Of a stretch of DNA of 64,000 nucleotides, positions 42,383 through 52,066 are shown piece after piece. Under the pieces are notes generated by a model, which was not told where the DNA came from, searched no databases, and saw nothing but the letters and a program-made list of their open reading frames with translations. Source of the DNA: Alphaproteobacteria bacterium (GTDB lineage Bacteria > Pseudomonadota > Alphaproteobacteria > UBA1280 > UBA6503); the NCBI GenBank assembly GCA_021774615.1, contig JAJFIW010000036.1:37318-101317 (forward strand), in the 5' to 3' direction. How positions within the stretch are numbered: the stretch's first letter is position 1; each line of letters begins with the position of its first letter. The position numbers and the translations under genes are program-made.

Positions 42383-43504
42383 ATGCTAAAGCTATCTTTA
42401 AGGTTACATATATTATTTGCAGCATTAATTATTTGTATGCCAACCCAAGCAATTGCGCAAAGACCACCGATGGGTATGGGTGGTGGTGTACCTGTTGTAG
42501 TCACGCCTGTAGTAGAAAACCAATGGGTAGAAGAAATTGAAGCTCTTGGTACATTGCGTGCGCGCGAACAGGTAAAATTAACTGCCACTGTTTCTGACAA
42601 GGTTTCAGCAATTCACTTTACCGATGGGCAATGGGTAGAAAAGGGCGCTATTGTCGTTGAAATGGATAGTGGTGAGGAAAAAGCCGAACTAGAAGCAGCC
42701 CTTTCAGCCTTAAGAGAAGCAAAAAAACAGCACCAACGATCAAGAAAACTTGTTAAAAAAGGTGCTACATCGCAATCTGTTGCCGATGAACACCGCCGTG
42801 TGTTTGAAATATCTAAAGCACAAGTTGGGGTAGCAAAAGCAAAACTGCAAGACCATGTTATCCATGCGCCGTTTTCAGGCGTGCTAGGGTTGCGGGAGGT
42901 AAGCCCTGGGGCATATTTAAACTCTGGCGATACTATTACAACATTAACCGATGCATCTACTATGCGTTTAGACTTTACCCTTCCAGAGGTTCATTTAGCG
43001 AGCCTTACCGTAGGACAAACAGTAAAAGTAATAACTAAAGCTTATGATGGCCGTATTTTCCAAGGGCAAATTTCTGCCGTTGATAACCATGTGGATAATG
43101 TAACCAGAGCTATTGGTGTTCGTGCGCTATTATCTAATGAAGAAAACTTATTAAAAGCCGGGATGTTGATGACTGTTAATATTAAAAAAGCAGCAGAGCC
43201 TGTTTTGGTATTACCTGAAGGCTCTTTAGTGCCAGAAAGTGCCAGCAATTTTGTATATGTAGTAGACCCAACAGCAAAGCCAGCGGTTGCTGTAAAAACC
43301 GAAGTGAAAATAGGCCGTCGCCAAGCCGGAATCGTTGAGATTTTGTCGGGAGTTAATGTGGGGCAAATGGTTGTGTCGCACGGTACGCTAAAGCTTGCTA
43401 ATGGTCGCCCTGTTATGATTATTGCAACTCAAGAACAGGGTGTTTCTATGGCAGATATTCTGGAGAAAATGAACAAAGCAAGCCAAAGTAGGGCTCATAA
43501 ATAA
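42383..43504 (+). CDS. RND efflux periplasmic adaptor (membrane fusion protein)
   Basis: Signal/anchor, lipoyl halves F.DGQ.V.KG and I.APF.G..G, L.PGM-like LKAGM. Confidence 0.93.
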   Translation: MLKLSLRLHILFAALIICMPTQAIAQRPPMGMGGGVPVVVTPVVENQWVEEIEALGTLRAREQVKLTATVSDKVSAIHFTDGQWVEKGAIVVEMDSGEEKAELEAALSALREAKKQHQRSRKLVKKGATSQSVADEHRRVFEISKAQVGVAKAKLQDHVIHAPFSGVLGLREVSPGAYLNSGDTITTLTDASTMRLDFTLPEVHLASLTVGQTVKVITKAYDGRIFQGQISAVDNHVDNVTRAIGVRALLSNEENLLKAGMLMTVNIKKAAEPVLVLPEGSLVPESASNFVYVVDPTAKPAVAVKTEVKIGRRQAGIVEILSGVNVGQMVVSHGTLKLANGRPVMIIATQEQGVSMADILEKMNKASQSRAHK

Positions 43505-46500
43505 TGTTGTTATCGGATGTTTCTGTTAAACGGCCTGTCTTTGCATCTGTTGTTGCATTGCTACTGGTTGTTTTTGGGGTTATCTCATTTTTAGAGCTAC
43601 CACTGCGCGAGTACCCTGCTATTGACCCACCTGTAGTAACTATTAAAACCAATTACCGAGGTGCGGCAGCCCAAGTAGTAGAAAATAGAATTACTGAAGC
43701 CATCGAGGAGCGCATTTCTGGTATTGAAGGAATTAAGTTTATTTCTTCAACTAGCGAAGATGGACAGTCTTCTATCCGAGTGGAGTTTAGTATTGATCGC
43801 GACATAGATGCTGCTGCAAATGATATCCGCGACCGTGTTGCATCTGTCTCTGATGACTTACCCGATGAAGCTGACCCACCTGAAATATCTAAAATAACTT
43901 CCGATGACGATGTTATTTTATGGCTCCATTTAGCAAGCGATAGATTGTCTGTTTCGGAGTTAACCGACTATGCCGACCGCTATCTGGTAGACCGTTTTTC
44001 GGTTATTGATGGGGTTGCTCGGGTACGTATTGGCGGCGGGCAAAAATTTGCGATGCGAGTTTGGCTAGATAGGCGAGCATTAGCAGGGCATAACCTTACA
44101 GTTGCTGACGTGGAAAACGCACTACAACGAGAAAATATAGAGCTACCAGCAGGGAACATAGAGTCTATCGATAGGCAGTTTACAGTTAGAGTCCAGCGGG
44201 CATTTTCTGACGCGGAAGATTTCCAAAAACTTGTGCTTTATAAAGGTGACGATGGGCACCTAGTCCAACTTGGTGATGTTGCACGGGTAGAGCTGGGGCA
44301 AGAGGTATTACGAACATTCTTTCGTGGTAATGGCGAGCCTATGGTCGGGATTGGGATTATAAAACAATCACAAGCTAATACAATTGCCGTTGTTAAAGGG
44401 GTTAAGGGTAGGCTAGATGAAGTTAACCAAACCCTACCAGAAGGGATGACTGTTGATGAAAGCTACGACACTTCTGTGTTTATTAGTAAAGCGATTATAG
44501 AAGTTTACAAAACTCTAGCGATTGCCTTATTTTTGGTTGTAGGCATTATATATTTATTTTTGGGTAGTGTTAGGGCTACAATTGTACCTGCAGTAACGGT
44601 TCCGGTGTCTATTATTGCAACTTTTATGGCTTTATTAGCTTTTGATTTTTCGATTAATTTGCTTACATTACTTGCCCTTGTTTTGGCGATTGGCCTAGTG
44701 GTTGATGACGCAATTGTAGTGCTAGAAAATATTTACCGCCGTATGGAAGAAAAAAACGAGACACCACTTGTAGCAGCATTTAATGGCACACGCCAAGTAG
44801 GATTTGCGGTTATTGCAACTACTTTGGTTTTACTTGCGGTGTTTATCCCCTTTACTTTTTTAGAGGGTGACATTGGCAGGCTATTTGCCGAGTTTGCGGT
44901 TACGTTATCGGTTGCGGTTGTGTTCTCTAGTTTTGTGGCATTAACTCTTTGCCCGATGTTAGCGTCAAAAGTATTGCGGGTTGGCCGAAGCGATAATAAA
45001 GCCATAAAAAAGGTTGATGATGTTTTCCAGAAAGTTCGATCTTCTTATGTTAGCTGGCTAGATAAAGCCTTACACAAACCTAAAAAAGTATTGTTACTTG
45101 CAAGTGCTGGTATCGCTGCAATTGGTGGACTATTTATGGCATTGCCAAGCGAGTATGCACCAAAAGAAGATAGGGGAGCATTTTTTGTTATTGTAAACGG
45201 CCCAGAAGGGGCAACCTACAGCTACATGAAAGACTATATGGACGAGATCGAAAACCGCCTGATGCCATATATTAAAAAAGGCGAAATGCAACGGCTTTTA
45301 GTACGTGCGCCACGTACATTTTCTAATTTCGAAAATTTTAACAGCGGGATTGTTATTGCAGTGCTTTCTCCATGGGGGCAACGCCGCCCTGCGGATGCAA
45401 TTATGGGCGAAGTTGCAGGCAGGCTTGCAGGCTTACCTGGGGTTATGGCATTCCCAGTTATGCGCCAAGGTTTTAGCCAGTCTATCCAAAAACCAGTACA
45501 ATTTGTAATTGGTGGTAGCACTTACGATGAGCTAACAAAATGGCGTGATATTATGCTGACTGAAATTAATAAAAATAACCCCGGCTTAACAGGATTAAAC
45601 TGGGACTACAAAGAAACAAAACCCCAACTTAAAATTGACGTAGATTATAATCGTGCTGCCGAATTAGGCGTACGAGTGCAAGACATTGGCCTAACGCTCG
45701 AAACCATGCTTGGCTCTAGGCGTGTTACTAATTTTATGATGGATGGCGAAGAATATGATGTGCTGGTAGAAGGGGAGAGAAACCTCCAAAATACTGCGGC
45801 AGACTTGCAAAATATTTATGTGCGCTCGGAAGCCACGGGCGAGCTTATCCCTGTATCGAACATGGTAGAAGTGCGCGAGTTTGCAGACTCTACCACCCTT
45901 AATCGTTATAATCGGGTGCGGGCAATCACGATCGAAGCCAACCTTGGCGGCAATCTAACCCTTGGGCAAGCGCTTGAATATTTAGAAGACACTGCACGCC
46001 AAAACCTACCCGAAAAAGTAATTATTGATTATAAAGGGCAGTCGCTAGACTTCAAGTCGTCAGGTAGCTCGATATGGTTTGTGTATCTATTAGGTATTTT
46101 AGTAGTGTTTTTGGTGCTGGCAGCGCAGTTCGAAAGTTATGTGCACCCTGCAATTATTATTACCACCGTGCCAATGGCAATGCTGGGTGGTTTGTTAGCA
46201 TTGTTTATAACAGGCAGCAGCATTAATATTTACAGCCAAATTGGGCTTATTATGCTGGTAGGTCTAGCCGCAAAAAATGGGATTTTAATTGTAGAATTTG
46301 CCAACCAACTCCGTGACCAAGGCACACCTTTTGCCCAAGCATTAAAAGAGGCTGCGGCCACTAGGTTCCGCCCAGTTGTGATGACTAGCGTAACAACCGC
46401 TGCTGGTACAATCCCACTAATATTAGCAACAGGAGCGGGGGCTGCATCGCTATTTACTATTGGGGTAACGGTTATGGGCGGTGTTCTTGTTGCTACAGTT

Positions 46501-46614
46501 TTAACCCTGCTATTAGTACCGCTAGTCTATAGCCTTATGGCAGAGAATACAGGTTCTCCAAACGATGTTGCTCGGCAGCTTGAAGCTGACATGGAAAAGC
46601 AAAAAATTACATAA
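43504..46614 (+). CDS. RND efflux permease (AcrB/MexW family)
   Basis: RPVFA, REYP..DPP, AIGLVVDDAIVVLEN, KNGILIVEFA, R.RP..MT. Confidence 0.96.
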   Translation: MLLSDVSVKRPVFASVVALLLVVFGVISFLELPLREYPAIDPPVVTIKTNYRGAAAQVVENRITEAIEERISGIEGIKFISSTSEDGQSSIRVEFSIDRDIDAAANDIRDRVASVSDDLPDEADPPEISKITSDDDVILWLHLASDRLSVSELTDYADRYLVDRFSVIDGVARVRIGGGQKFAMRVWLDRRALAGHNLTVADVENALQRENIELPAGNIESIDRQFTVRVQRAFSDAEDFQKLVLYKGDDGHLVQLGDVARVELGQEVLRTFFRGNGEPMVGIGIIKQSQANTIAVVKGVKGRLDEVNQTLPEGMTVDESYDTSVFISKAIIEVYKTLAIALFLVVGIIYLFLGSVRATIVPAVTVPVSIIATFMALLAFDFSINLLTLLALVLAIGLVVDDAIVVLENIYRRMEEKNETPLVAAFNGTRQVGFAVIATTLVLLAVFIPFTFLEGDIGRLFAEFAVTLSVAVVFSSFVALTLCPMLASKVLRVGRSDNKAIKKVDDVFQKVRSSYVSWLDKALHKPKKVLLLASAGIAAIGGLFMALPSEYAPKEDRGAFFVIVNGPEGATYSYMKDYMDEIENRLMPYIKKGEMQRLLVRAPRTFSNFENFNSGIVIAVLSPWGQRRPADAIMGEVAGRLAGLPGVMAFPVMRQGFSQSIQKPVQFVIGGSTYDELTKWRDIMLTEINKNNPGLTGLNWDYKETKPQLKIDVDYNRAAELGVRVQDIGLTLETMLGSRRVTNFMMDGEEYDVLVEGERNLQNTAADLQNIYVRSEATGELIPVSNMVEVREFADSTTLNRYNRVRAITIEANLGGNLTLGQALEYLEDTARQNLPEKVIIDYKGQSLDFKSSGSSIWFVYLLGILVVFLVLAAQFESYVHPAIIITTVPMAMLGGLLALFITGSSINIYSQIGLIMLVGLAAKNGILIVEFANQLRDQGTPFAQALKEAAATRFRPVVMTSVTTAAGTIPLILATGAGAASLFTIGVTVMGGVLVATVLTLLLVPLVYSLMAENTGSPNDVARQLEADMEKQKIT

Positions 46615-46630
46615 CTTCTTTGAAAATAAA

Positions 46631-46664
46631 GAAGCCCTAGAAGTGGTTTAACACTCTAGGGCTC
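46631..46664. terminator. hairpin terminator after the RND permease
   Basis: agccctagaagtg-gtttaa-cactctagggct. Confidence 0.6.
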
Positions 46665-46673
46665 AAGAAGTCG

Positions 46674-46895
46674 TTATTTATAGTAAGATAGGTCACGACG
46701 GTTCCTTGGGAATAACGTCAGCCATATAGATTTTAAATGGTTAAAGCCACCAGTAAAGAGGGCTATTGCGCCAAAAAATATACCAGATGCGGCAAAAATT
46801 TGTAAATAGATAGACTCTTGAGGTGAGAGTATGAGGAATATTGCTACTGCCATTCCAAGTATTGTAAATATTTTTATAAAACAACGTAAAATCAT
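46674..46895 (-). CDS. small 2-TM membrane protein
   Basis: AAGGA RBS, two hydrophobic helices. Confidence 0.6.
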   Translation of the reverse strand: MILRCFIKIFTILGMAVAIFLILSPQESIYLQIFAASGIFFGAIALFTGGFNHLKSIWLTLFPRNRRDLSYYK

Positions 46896-46918
46896 AGTTA
46901 AATTTCCTTGATAGTATA

Positions 46919-47179
46919 TTAACCATTACTCCGAGATGTTGGTTCTGGGTTTTTGTGCTCTGTAGGTTCATCTGAATGATGAGCAAAAAAATTGAAATAT
47001 ACAAATGATGCAACCATAAAAATTATGCCTGTGGTTACACTGAATGTAATAAATGATTTCATTATCAAGTTTACTTCTTTTATTGTGCCTCCTACCACCA
47101 GTATGGCTAGACCCATTCCTGTGGTGCTAATCATCATTATAATAAACTGGAAACTAGTTGATATAGTAGATAGTTTCAT
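46919..47179 (-). CDS. small 2-TM membrane protein
   Basis: AAGGG RBS, two hydrophobic helices, polar tail. Confidence 0.6.
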   Translation of the reverse strand: MKLSTISTSFQFIIMMISTTGMGLAILVVGGTIKEVNLIMKSFITFSVTTGIIFMVASFVYFNFFAHHSDEPTEHKNPEPTSRSNG

Positions 47180-47269
47180 AAATACCCTTATATTGAAGTG
47201 AATAAAAAATAGATAAGATAAAACTAGAATATAGATTATGTGTATAACAACCGTTTTATTGGTGCAAGG

Positions 47270-47728
47270 TTATTTAGCATCTAATGATCCGAGAATTTCA
47301 GCAGGAGGGATTTTTTCTTTTTTCTTGTTAAGAAATAATCCTTTCACATGGGCAATGGCAACTGGTTTGTCACCACAAAGGAACGTTTGGCGGATATCGA
47401 AGTATTTCTCACCCACATTATGTATTTCTGTACGTAATATAACTTTTGCAAAAGGTTGGATAGAACGGATAAATTTAATTTCGACGTTGCCAACCACAGG
47501 GAACCAGCCATTTTTAAATGATGTACCCATTAACCCTGTGCGACCCATCATGTAAATACGGCCCAAGTCCATCCATGCAGGGTAGCGAGAGTTTGTCATG
47601 TGCATGTTAATATCAAGGTCAAACGGCCATACCCTAAATGCAATATCAAAGTGTGACAATGGATCGTCTTCCTTTTTCTCAAAAAATATTCTGAGGAGAA
47701 CTCGCATCATTCTGAAATATAAGTTCAT
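47270..47728 (-). CDS. hotdog-fold acyl-CoA thioesterase (4HBT-like)
   Basis: RVWP.DLD.N.HM.NSRY...MDLGR. Confidence 0.9.
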   Translation of the reverse strand: MNLYFRMMRVLLRIFFEKKEDDPLSHFDIAFRVWPFDLDINMHMTNSRYPAWMDLGRIYMMGRTGLMGTSFKNGWFPVVGNVEIKFIRSIQPFAKVILRTEIHNVGEKYFDIRQTFLCGDKPVAIAHVKGLFLNKKKEKIPPAEILGSLDAK

Positions 47729-47914
47729 GTGTGTATTAACTCCTGTAAAGAAAAGGTATGAAAATAAAGTGTAATAATTTATTTATATTGTAAGAAGTAT
47801 TGATATACAAGAAAAGAACAAACAAAAAACTATAGGCCACAAAAATAATGGCCTTTTATAGCAAAGCACAACAAAATGTGCCCATAAAAAAATTTTTAAG
47901 AGCTACAAAAAAGA

Positions 47915-47943
47915 AAAACCCCAGCACATAATACTGGGGTTTT
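47915..47943 (-). terminator. terminator of the cold-shock gene
   Basis: aaaaccccag-N9-ctggggtttt with T-tract on the minus strand. Confidence 0.85.
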
Positions 47944-47958
47944 GAATCTTACCAACCG

Positions 47959-48162
47959 TTAGACGACTTGGAGATTAACAGCAGCAGTTTTGCCACGGTT
48001 TTCTTCTAGTTCATAGCTAACTTTTTGACCTTCGTTTAGGCCATCAAGGTTAGATTTTTGAACAGCAGTAATGTGAACAAACACATCGTTGCCACCTTCG
48101 TCAGGTTGGATAAAACCAAAACCTTTAGTTGGATTGAACCATTTTACAGTTCCTGTACTCAT
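47959..48162 (-). CDS. cspA: cold-shock protein
   Basis: GTVKWFN..KGFGFI (RNP1), DVFVH (RNP2). Confidence 0.97.
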   Translation of the reverse strand: MSTGTVKWFNPTKGFGFIQPDEGGNDVFVHITAVQKSNLDGLNEGQKVSYELEENRGKTAAVNLQVV

Positions 48163-48290
48163 CGGTATATACTTTCTTTACATATTCAAATTCTGAACAA
48201 GGCGCATTCTATGCAAGTCTTATTCAGTGCAAGTTATATAGTCATTACATAACCTACCCTACTTAGGCAAAGAGCCTATCACGTATATGG
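48163..48290 (-). promoter_or_regulatory. structured 5' leader of the cold-shock gene
   Basis: Minus-strand hairpins ctgaataag...cttgttcag and ggttatgta...tatataact; long structured leaders are usual for csp mRNAs. Confidence 0.4.
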
Positions 48291-48413
48291 GTACTACAAA
48301 ACAAAATAACAGTGTTAAGTGTTGTTTTTTTGCATTTTATACCAGTTATATAGACATATTATGTTTACACTGTGTTTCTAGTTATTGCAATTATTGGCTG
48401 TTTTCTAAAGCTA

Positions 48414-49610
48414 TTAAGCAGTTTTCTTGCTTGGAACAGGCAATAAGTGTTTTTCGCTCTCATCACGATGTTTTTTTAGGTATTTCATAAAAGGTGTGCC
48501 ACCTGTACCAACATCACTCGGGTTACCAGCTAAACTATTTTGTTTATTAATGTATGATGCTGCATATTCTAAATGTAGAGCACGGAACTGGTGCATTTGG
48601 CTAAGGCAAGCGTTATATAGCTCGGTCAACTCTATGTTTTCAGTTTTTTCTACAAATGCTCTTAAACCGCTGCGTTTTGCTACTTCTTCAATAAAACGAC
48701 GGTGTAAAACTGGGCGATAATCGTGCAATTCGTTTAAATATTGGCGCAGAGGGTCGTTAGAGTGCATAACATTAAATAAAGCATCCATTGTTGGCACAAT
48801 AGAGCTTTGCGAGCCTGTTTGACCACGGAAACCTTGGATCTCTCCTTTAAATTTATCCACACCTTCATAGATCACGCCACCTGGTAGGTCAGGGTTGTCT
48901 TGCCAGCCGTGGATATAGGGGCGGACACGGGTAAAGTAGGTATATGGGTCGCAGCGTTCTACCATGCGTGCCATAGTTGGGTTTATATTTTGCCATGAGG
49001 CAAGTATTTCTTTAAGCCCTGCAATTACAGCTTGTTCGTTGCTGGCGTCTACACCTTCAAAAATAGATGGGATTGCTGCTAGTGCTTGGCCAGCTTCGGC
49101 CTCAATCTCCACATGGATCATTTTAAACCAGTTTTCGTCAATCCCGCTCGAAAAATGTTGCATCATGTAGATGTTCTCTACGGTTATTCCACCTTTTTTG
49201 TCAAGCATGCTCCAGTTGTCTAGCACGTAGCATGAGTAAGGCAGAAGAGGGAACTGTTCTAGTTTTTCAGCAACAAGGCAAAAGGGCACACTAATATTAC
49301 GGGGGATAATATGGTTGGGTTCATCCTCACCCCATACCCAGCTTTGGGCAAAGTACGAGTAGTAAACCATAGCGTTTCTAAGTTGCTCGTTGGTGGCTGT
49401 ATTAACAAAACTAGTTACGTCAATTTCAGGGATAGTTTTAAGATAACGGCGCACCACACCTGTGGCCATCCACTCGGGTAGCCATTTTGCGGCTTCAATG
49501 ATTGGGTTAAATAGCTCTGGCATTTGTACAGTTACAGGGTCGTACTTACATAAAAATCCACGCTCTTTAGAAACATCAAACTTAGTAATATCAAAATGTT
49601 CGGTCATCAT
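48414..49610 (-). CDS. indoleamine 2,3-dioxygenase (IDO/PrnB-like haem dioxygenase)
   Basis: E.WF..IHV.IE, Y..VRPYI.GW, G.TGSQSS, Y.P..HR.F, FR..H...A..YI, GTGGTPF..YL. Confidence 0.9.
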   Translation of the reverse strand: MMTEHFDITKFDVSKERGFLCKYDPVTVQMPELFNPIIEAAKWLPEWMATGVVRRYLKTIPEIDVTSFVNTATNEQLRNAMVYYSYFAQSWVWGEDEPNHIIPRNISVPFCLVAEKLEQFPLLPYSCYVLDNWSMLDKKGGITVENIYMMQHFSSGIDENWFKMIHVEIEAEAGQALAAIPSIFEGVDASNEQAVIAGLKEILASWQNINPTMARMVERCDPYTYFTRVRPYIHGWQDNPDLPGGVIYEGVDKFKGEIQGFRGQTGSQSSIVPTMDALFNVMHSNDPLRQYLNELHDYRPVLHRRFIEEVAKRSGLRAFVEKTENIELTELYNACLSQMHQFRALHLEYAASYINKQNSLAGNPSDVGTGGTPFMKYLKKHRDESEKHLLPVPSKKTA

Positions 49611-49717
49611 CTATCCCCTTTGTATAATTTTTGTTCATTATTCTCTTTTTTTTAATAATGGGCAAGTGAAGTTGGAACCTAATTATGCTATATATATTAT
49701 ACGAGAGAGAATTGAGC

Positions 49718-49746
49718 TTGACTTATGTATTTACCAAAGTTAGAAA
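49718..49746 (+). promoter_or_regulatory. sigma70-like promoter of the thyX-like gene
   Basis: TTGACT-N17-TAGAAA followed by a pyrimidine-rich leader. Confidence 0.45.
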
Positions 49747-49812
49747 ATCAAACCTGTAAGTACTATCTCTTTTCTTTTTTAACCTTTATTAAATTTATAG
49801 GAAATATCTCTT

Positions 49813-51228
49813 ATGGAACTTAAAACACCAAAAGTAATTGTTATAGATGATATCCACCCTGAAGATGGCGCAATGCTACAAGCGCTTTATTCTCGGAGCC
49901 CTGCAGGTGTAGAATACCACCTTGGAAAAGTTAAAAAAGCTGGTGCCGGTAAGTTTATGAGCCAATATTACGTTGGTTATGGTCATGCTTCTATTGGCGA
50001 TTGTGGTGTTACAAACATCTTCGTTGAGAATTACTCAATGCTAGCGTGTAAGGCAATCCAAGATAACCCGCTTTACTCGGGGCAGGAGGCTTCAACCCGC
50101 TACTTAGATTTTTCAGCACAACCTGCTGTTGACCCTTATAACACCCCATATACACGTTCTATACTCGATGGTTGGCTGTCTATTTATAATACATGGATGC
50201 CAAAGGTAGAAGCAGCAATAGCAGAGAAATACCCATTCTCTACCGACGCTTACAAAAGCGAAAAAGCGTGGCGTAATGCTGTGCAGGTTCGGGCGTTCGA
50301 CACTATGCGTTCGTATTTGCCAGTAGGTACAACAACCTTATTTAGCTGGACAACTAACCTGCGCCAAGCTCGGGATAAAATGATGAAGCTAAAATCCCAC
50401 CCATTGCCAGAAGTAAGGCAAATGGCTGAAACTATTTTTACCCAACTGGTTGATAAATACTCGAACAGTTTTTCTGGTGATGAAATGCAGAACCAAGGTG
50501 GTCGCTATACCAAGCGTGATGCCTATAATGCTGCTGAGGCAACCCGTGAAAACTATGAAAGCTTTGCCGACATTAAAACTCGTCTAAATATTTCAGACTC
50601 CGAGCAACAAGCGCTACTTGACGGCGCACTAATAGCTCGGAAAAACTTGCTAGATGTTGACGGTATTAACCGTATTGAAAAAGATACATTATCTGCTCGC
50701 CCGCAAGGCGGGGTTATGCCTCGGAGGCTAGCTGCTTACGGTAATTACACTATGGCATGCGCTATAGACTTTGGCTCGTACCGAGATTTACAACGTCATC
50801 GCAACGGCATTGCACCATTACCATTGATAGAGCCAACTTTTGGTATGTTCAAATGGTACACCGAAGAGTTGGCAAGTTTACTTGGCGACAGTTATGCATC
50901 GCTAGAGGCTGCAACAAATGACTTGTTCGATAGAATTAAAAATCTTGAACAAGCTGGCATTACTCCAGACCCATTGTTAACCCAATACTTATTACCAATG
51001 GGAACAACTGTTATTTGCTCGCTAGCTTATGGCGTGCCACAAATGGTCTATGTTGGTGAATTGCGCTCGGGTAAAACAGTGCACCCAAGCTTGCGCCCAA
51101 TTGCACATAATATGCTACGTGTATTATCTGAAGATTTCCCAGCCCTTAAACTATATGGGGATATGGACATTGACGGCTGGTCCGAAAAACGTGGTTCGCA
51201 AACTATCAGCGAGAAAAAAGCTGGTTAG
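49813..51228 (+). CDS. thyX: FAD-dependent thymidylate synthase, tandem two-domain type
   Basis: ALYSRS, YYVGYGHASIGD, QEASTRY, AFD..R.YLP, DFGSYRDLQRHR, ELRS...VHP. Confidence 0.85.
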   Translation: MELKTPKVIVIDDIHPEDGAMLQALYSRSPAGVEYHLGKVKKAGAGKFMSQYYVGYGHASIGDCGVTNIFVENYSMLACKAIQDNPLYSGQEASTRYLDFSAQPAVDPYNTPYTRSILDGWLSIYNTWMPKVEAAIAEKYPFSTDAYKSEKAWRNAVQVRAFDTMRSYLPVGTTTLFSWTTNLRQARDKMMKLKSHPLPEVRQMAETIFTQLVDKYSNSFSGDEMQNQGGRYTKRDAYNAAEATRENYESFADIKTRLNISDSEQQALLDGALIARKNLLDVDGINRIEKDTLSARPQGGVMPRRLAAYGNYTMACAIDFGSYRDLQRHRNGIAPLPLIEPTFGMFKWYTEELASLLGDSYASLEAATNDLFDRIKNLEQAGITPDPLLTQYLLPMGTTVICSLAYGVPQMVYVGELRSGKTVHPSLRPIAHNMLRVLSEDFPALKLYGDMDIDGWSEKRGSQTISEKKAG

Positions 51229-51239
51229 CTTGCATAAAA

Positions 51240-51276
51240 ACGAAAAAACCGCCCCTATAAAGGGCGGTTTTTTCGT
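51240..51276. terminator. bidirectional terminator
   Basis: acgaaaaaaccgccc-ctataaa-gggcggttttttcgt. Confidence 0.9.
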
Positions 51277-51287
51277 GCCAAACGGTG

Positions 51288-51995
51288 TTACTGTTTGGTA
51301 ATCGTTACGGTCAAGTTTGGGCAAATTTTAATACTATCAGCCTCTTTTATGGCTTCACATATAATGTCAGTGTCAACCATGAGTTCGTCATCGGCATTAC
51401 TGTCTTGAATTTGCCGTAATAAAGAAAGCATTATAGTGTCGCTACCTTTAATTGCAGTATAATCGTACTCGATGCCATCGTTAAAGTTTTTAATAATGAT
51501 GTCATCTGGCCAAGTGTAACTAATGTTGATATTAGCTTTTACAAGCTTACCATCAGCAGAGGATAGCGTAGTTTGTTCTTGCCATTCTCCATGCATATTT
51601 TTTACAATGGTAATTTCTTCGCCCCCCAACCAAGTTGGCGGGTAGGTGCGATACTTTTCACTAATGCTAATAGTTCCATCTGCATGGATTGCAGCATCAG
51701 TAATATTAACTTGCGTGGAGCTAAAAAATAACATAATAGCTATCGTTGCTCCAAAACCTAAACTAATAGTGTACTTGTTTAGTATTGAGCATATTGCTAG
51801 GAACCCTGCCACAATAAATACAAGTAATGACACTATTAAAGTGAAATCTTGGCTGGATTCTGAGGCGTATCCATAAAATATGAATTGCCACAAGAAAATT
51901 GCTGCTACTAGTGCAATACCAGTAAGGTGTATGGCGATTTTCAAAAATGTTTTGAAAAAATCTGATTCCATAATATTAGCGGCATGGTTTGACAT
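51288..51995 (-). CDS. orphan 3-TM membrane protein, paralogue A
   Basis: ATG 51995 after GGAGG; YPP.W, G.WQEQT, I.Y.W, LRQI.DS, C-x11-CP.LT.T. Confidence 0.8.
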   Translation of the reverse strand: MSNHAANIMESDFFKTFLKIAIHLTGIALVAAIFLWQFIFYGYASESSQDFTLIVSLLVFIVAGFLAICSILNKYTISLGFGATIAIMLFFSSTQVNITDAAIHADGTISISEKYRTYPPTWLGGEEITIVKNMHGEWQEQTTLSSADGKLVKANINISYTWPDDIIIKNFNDGIEYDYTAIKGSDTIMLSLLRQIQDSNADDELMVDTDIICEAIKEADSIKICPNLTVTITKQ

Positions 51996-52026
51996 ATTTA
52001 CCTCCAAAGGTAAAAAAGAAAAAAGC

Positions 52027-52061
52027 AAACAAATCCCCCATATTTTGAGAGGGATTTGTTT
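52027..52061 (-). terminator. hairpin between paralogues B and A
   Basis: aaacaaatccccc-N9-gagggatttgttt followed by T-rich sequence on the minus strand. Confidence 0.7.
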
Positions 52062-52066
52062 TGTGA

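Noticed and set aside
47729-47958. Possible ncRNA or tRNA in the A-rich intergenic gap
   Set aside because: Only the csp terminator and an AT-rich promoter region are visible; no cloverleaf or recognisable RNA motif
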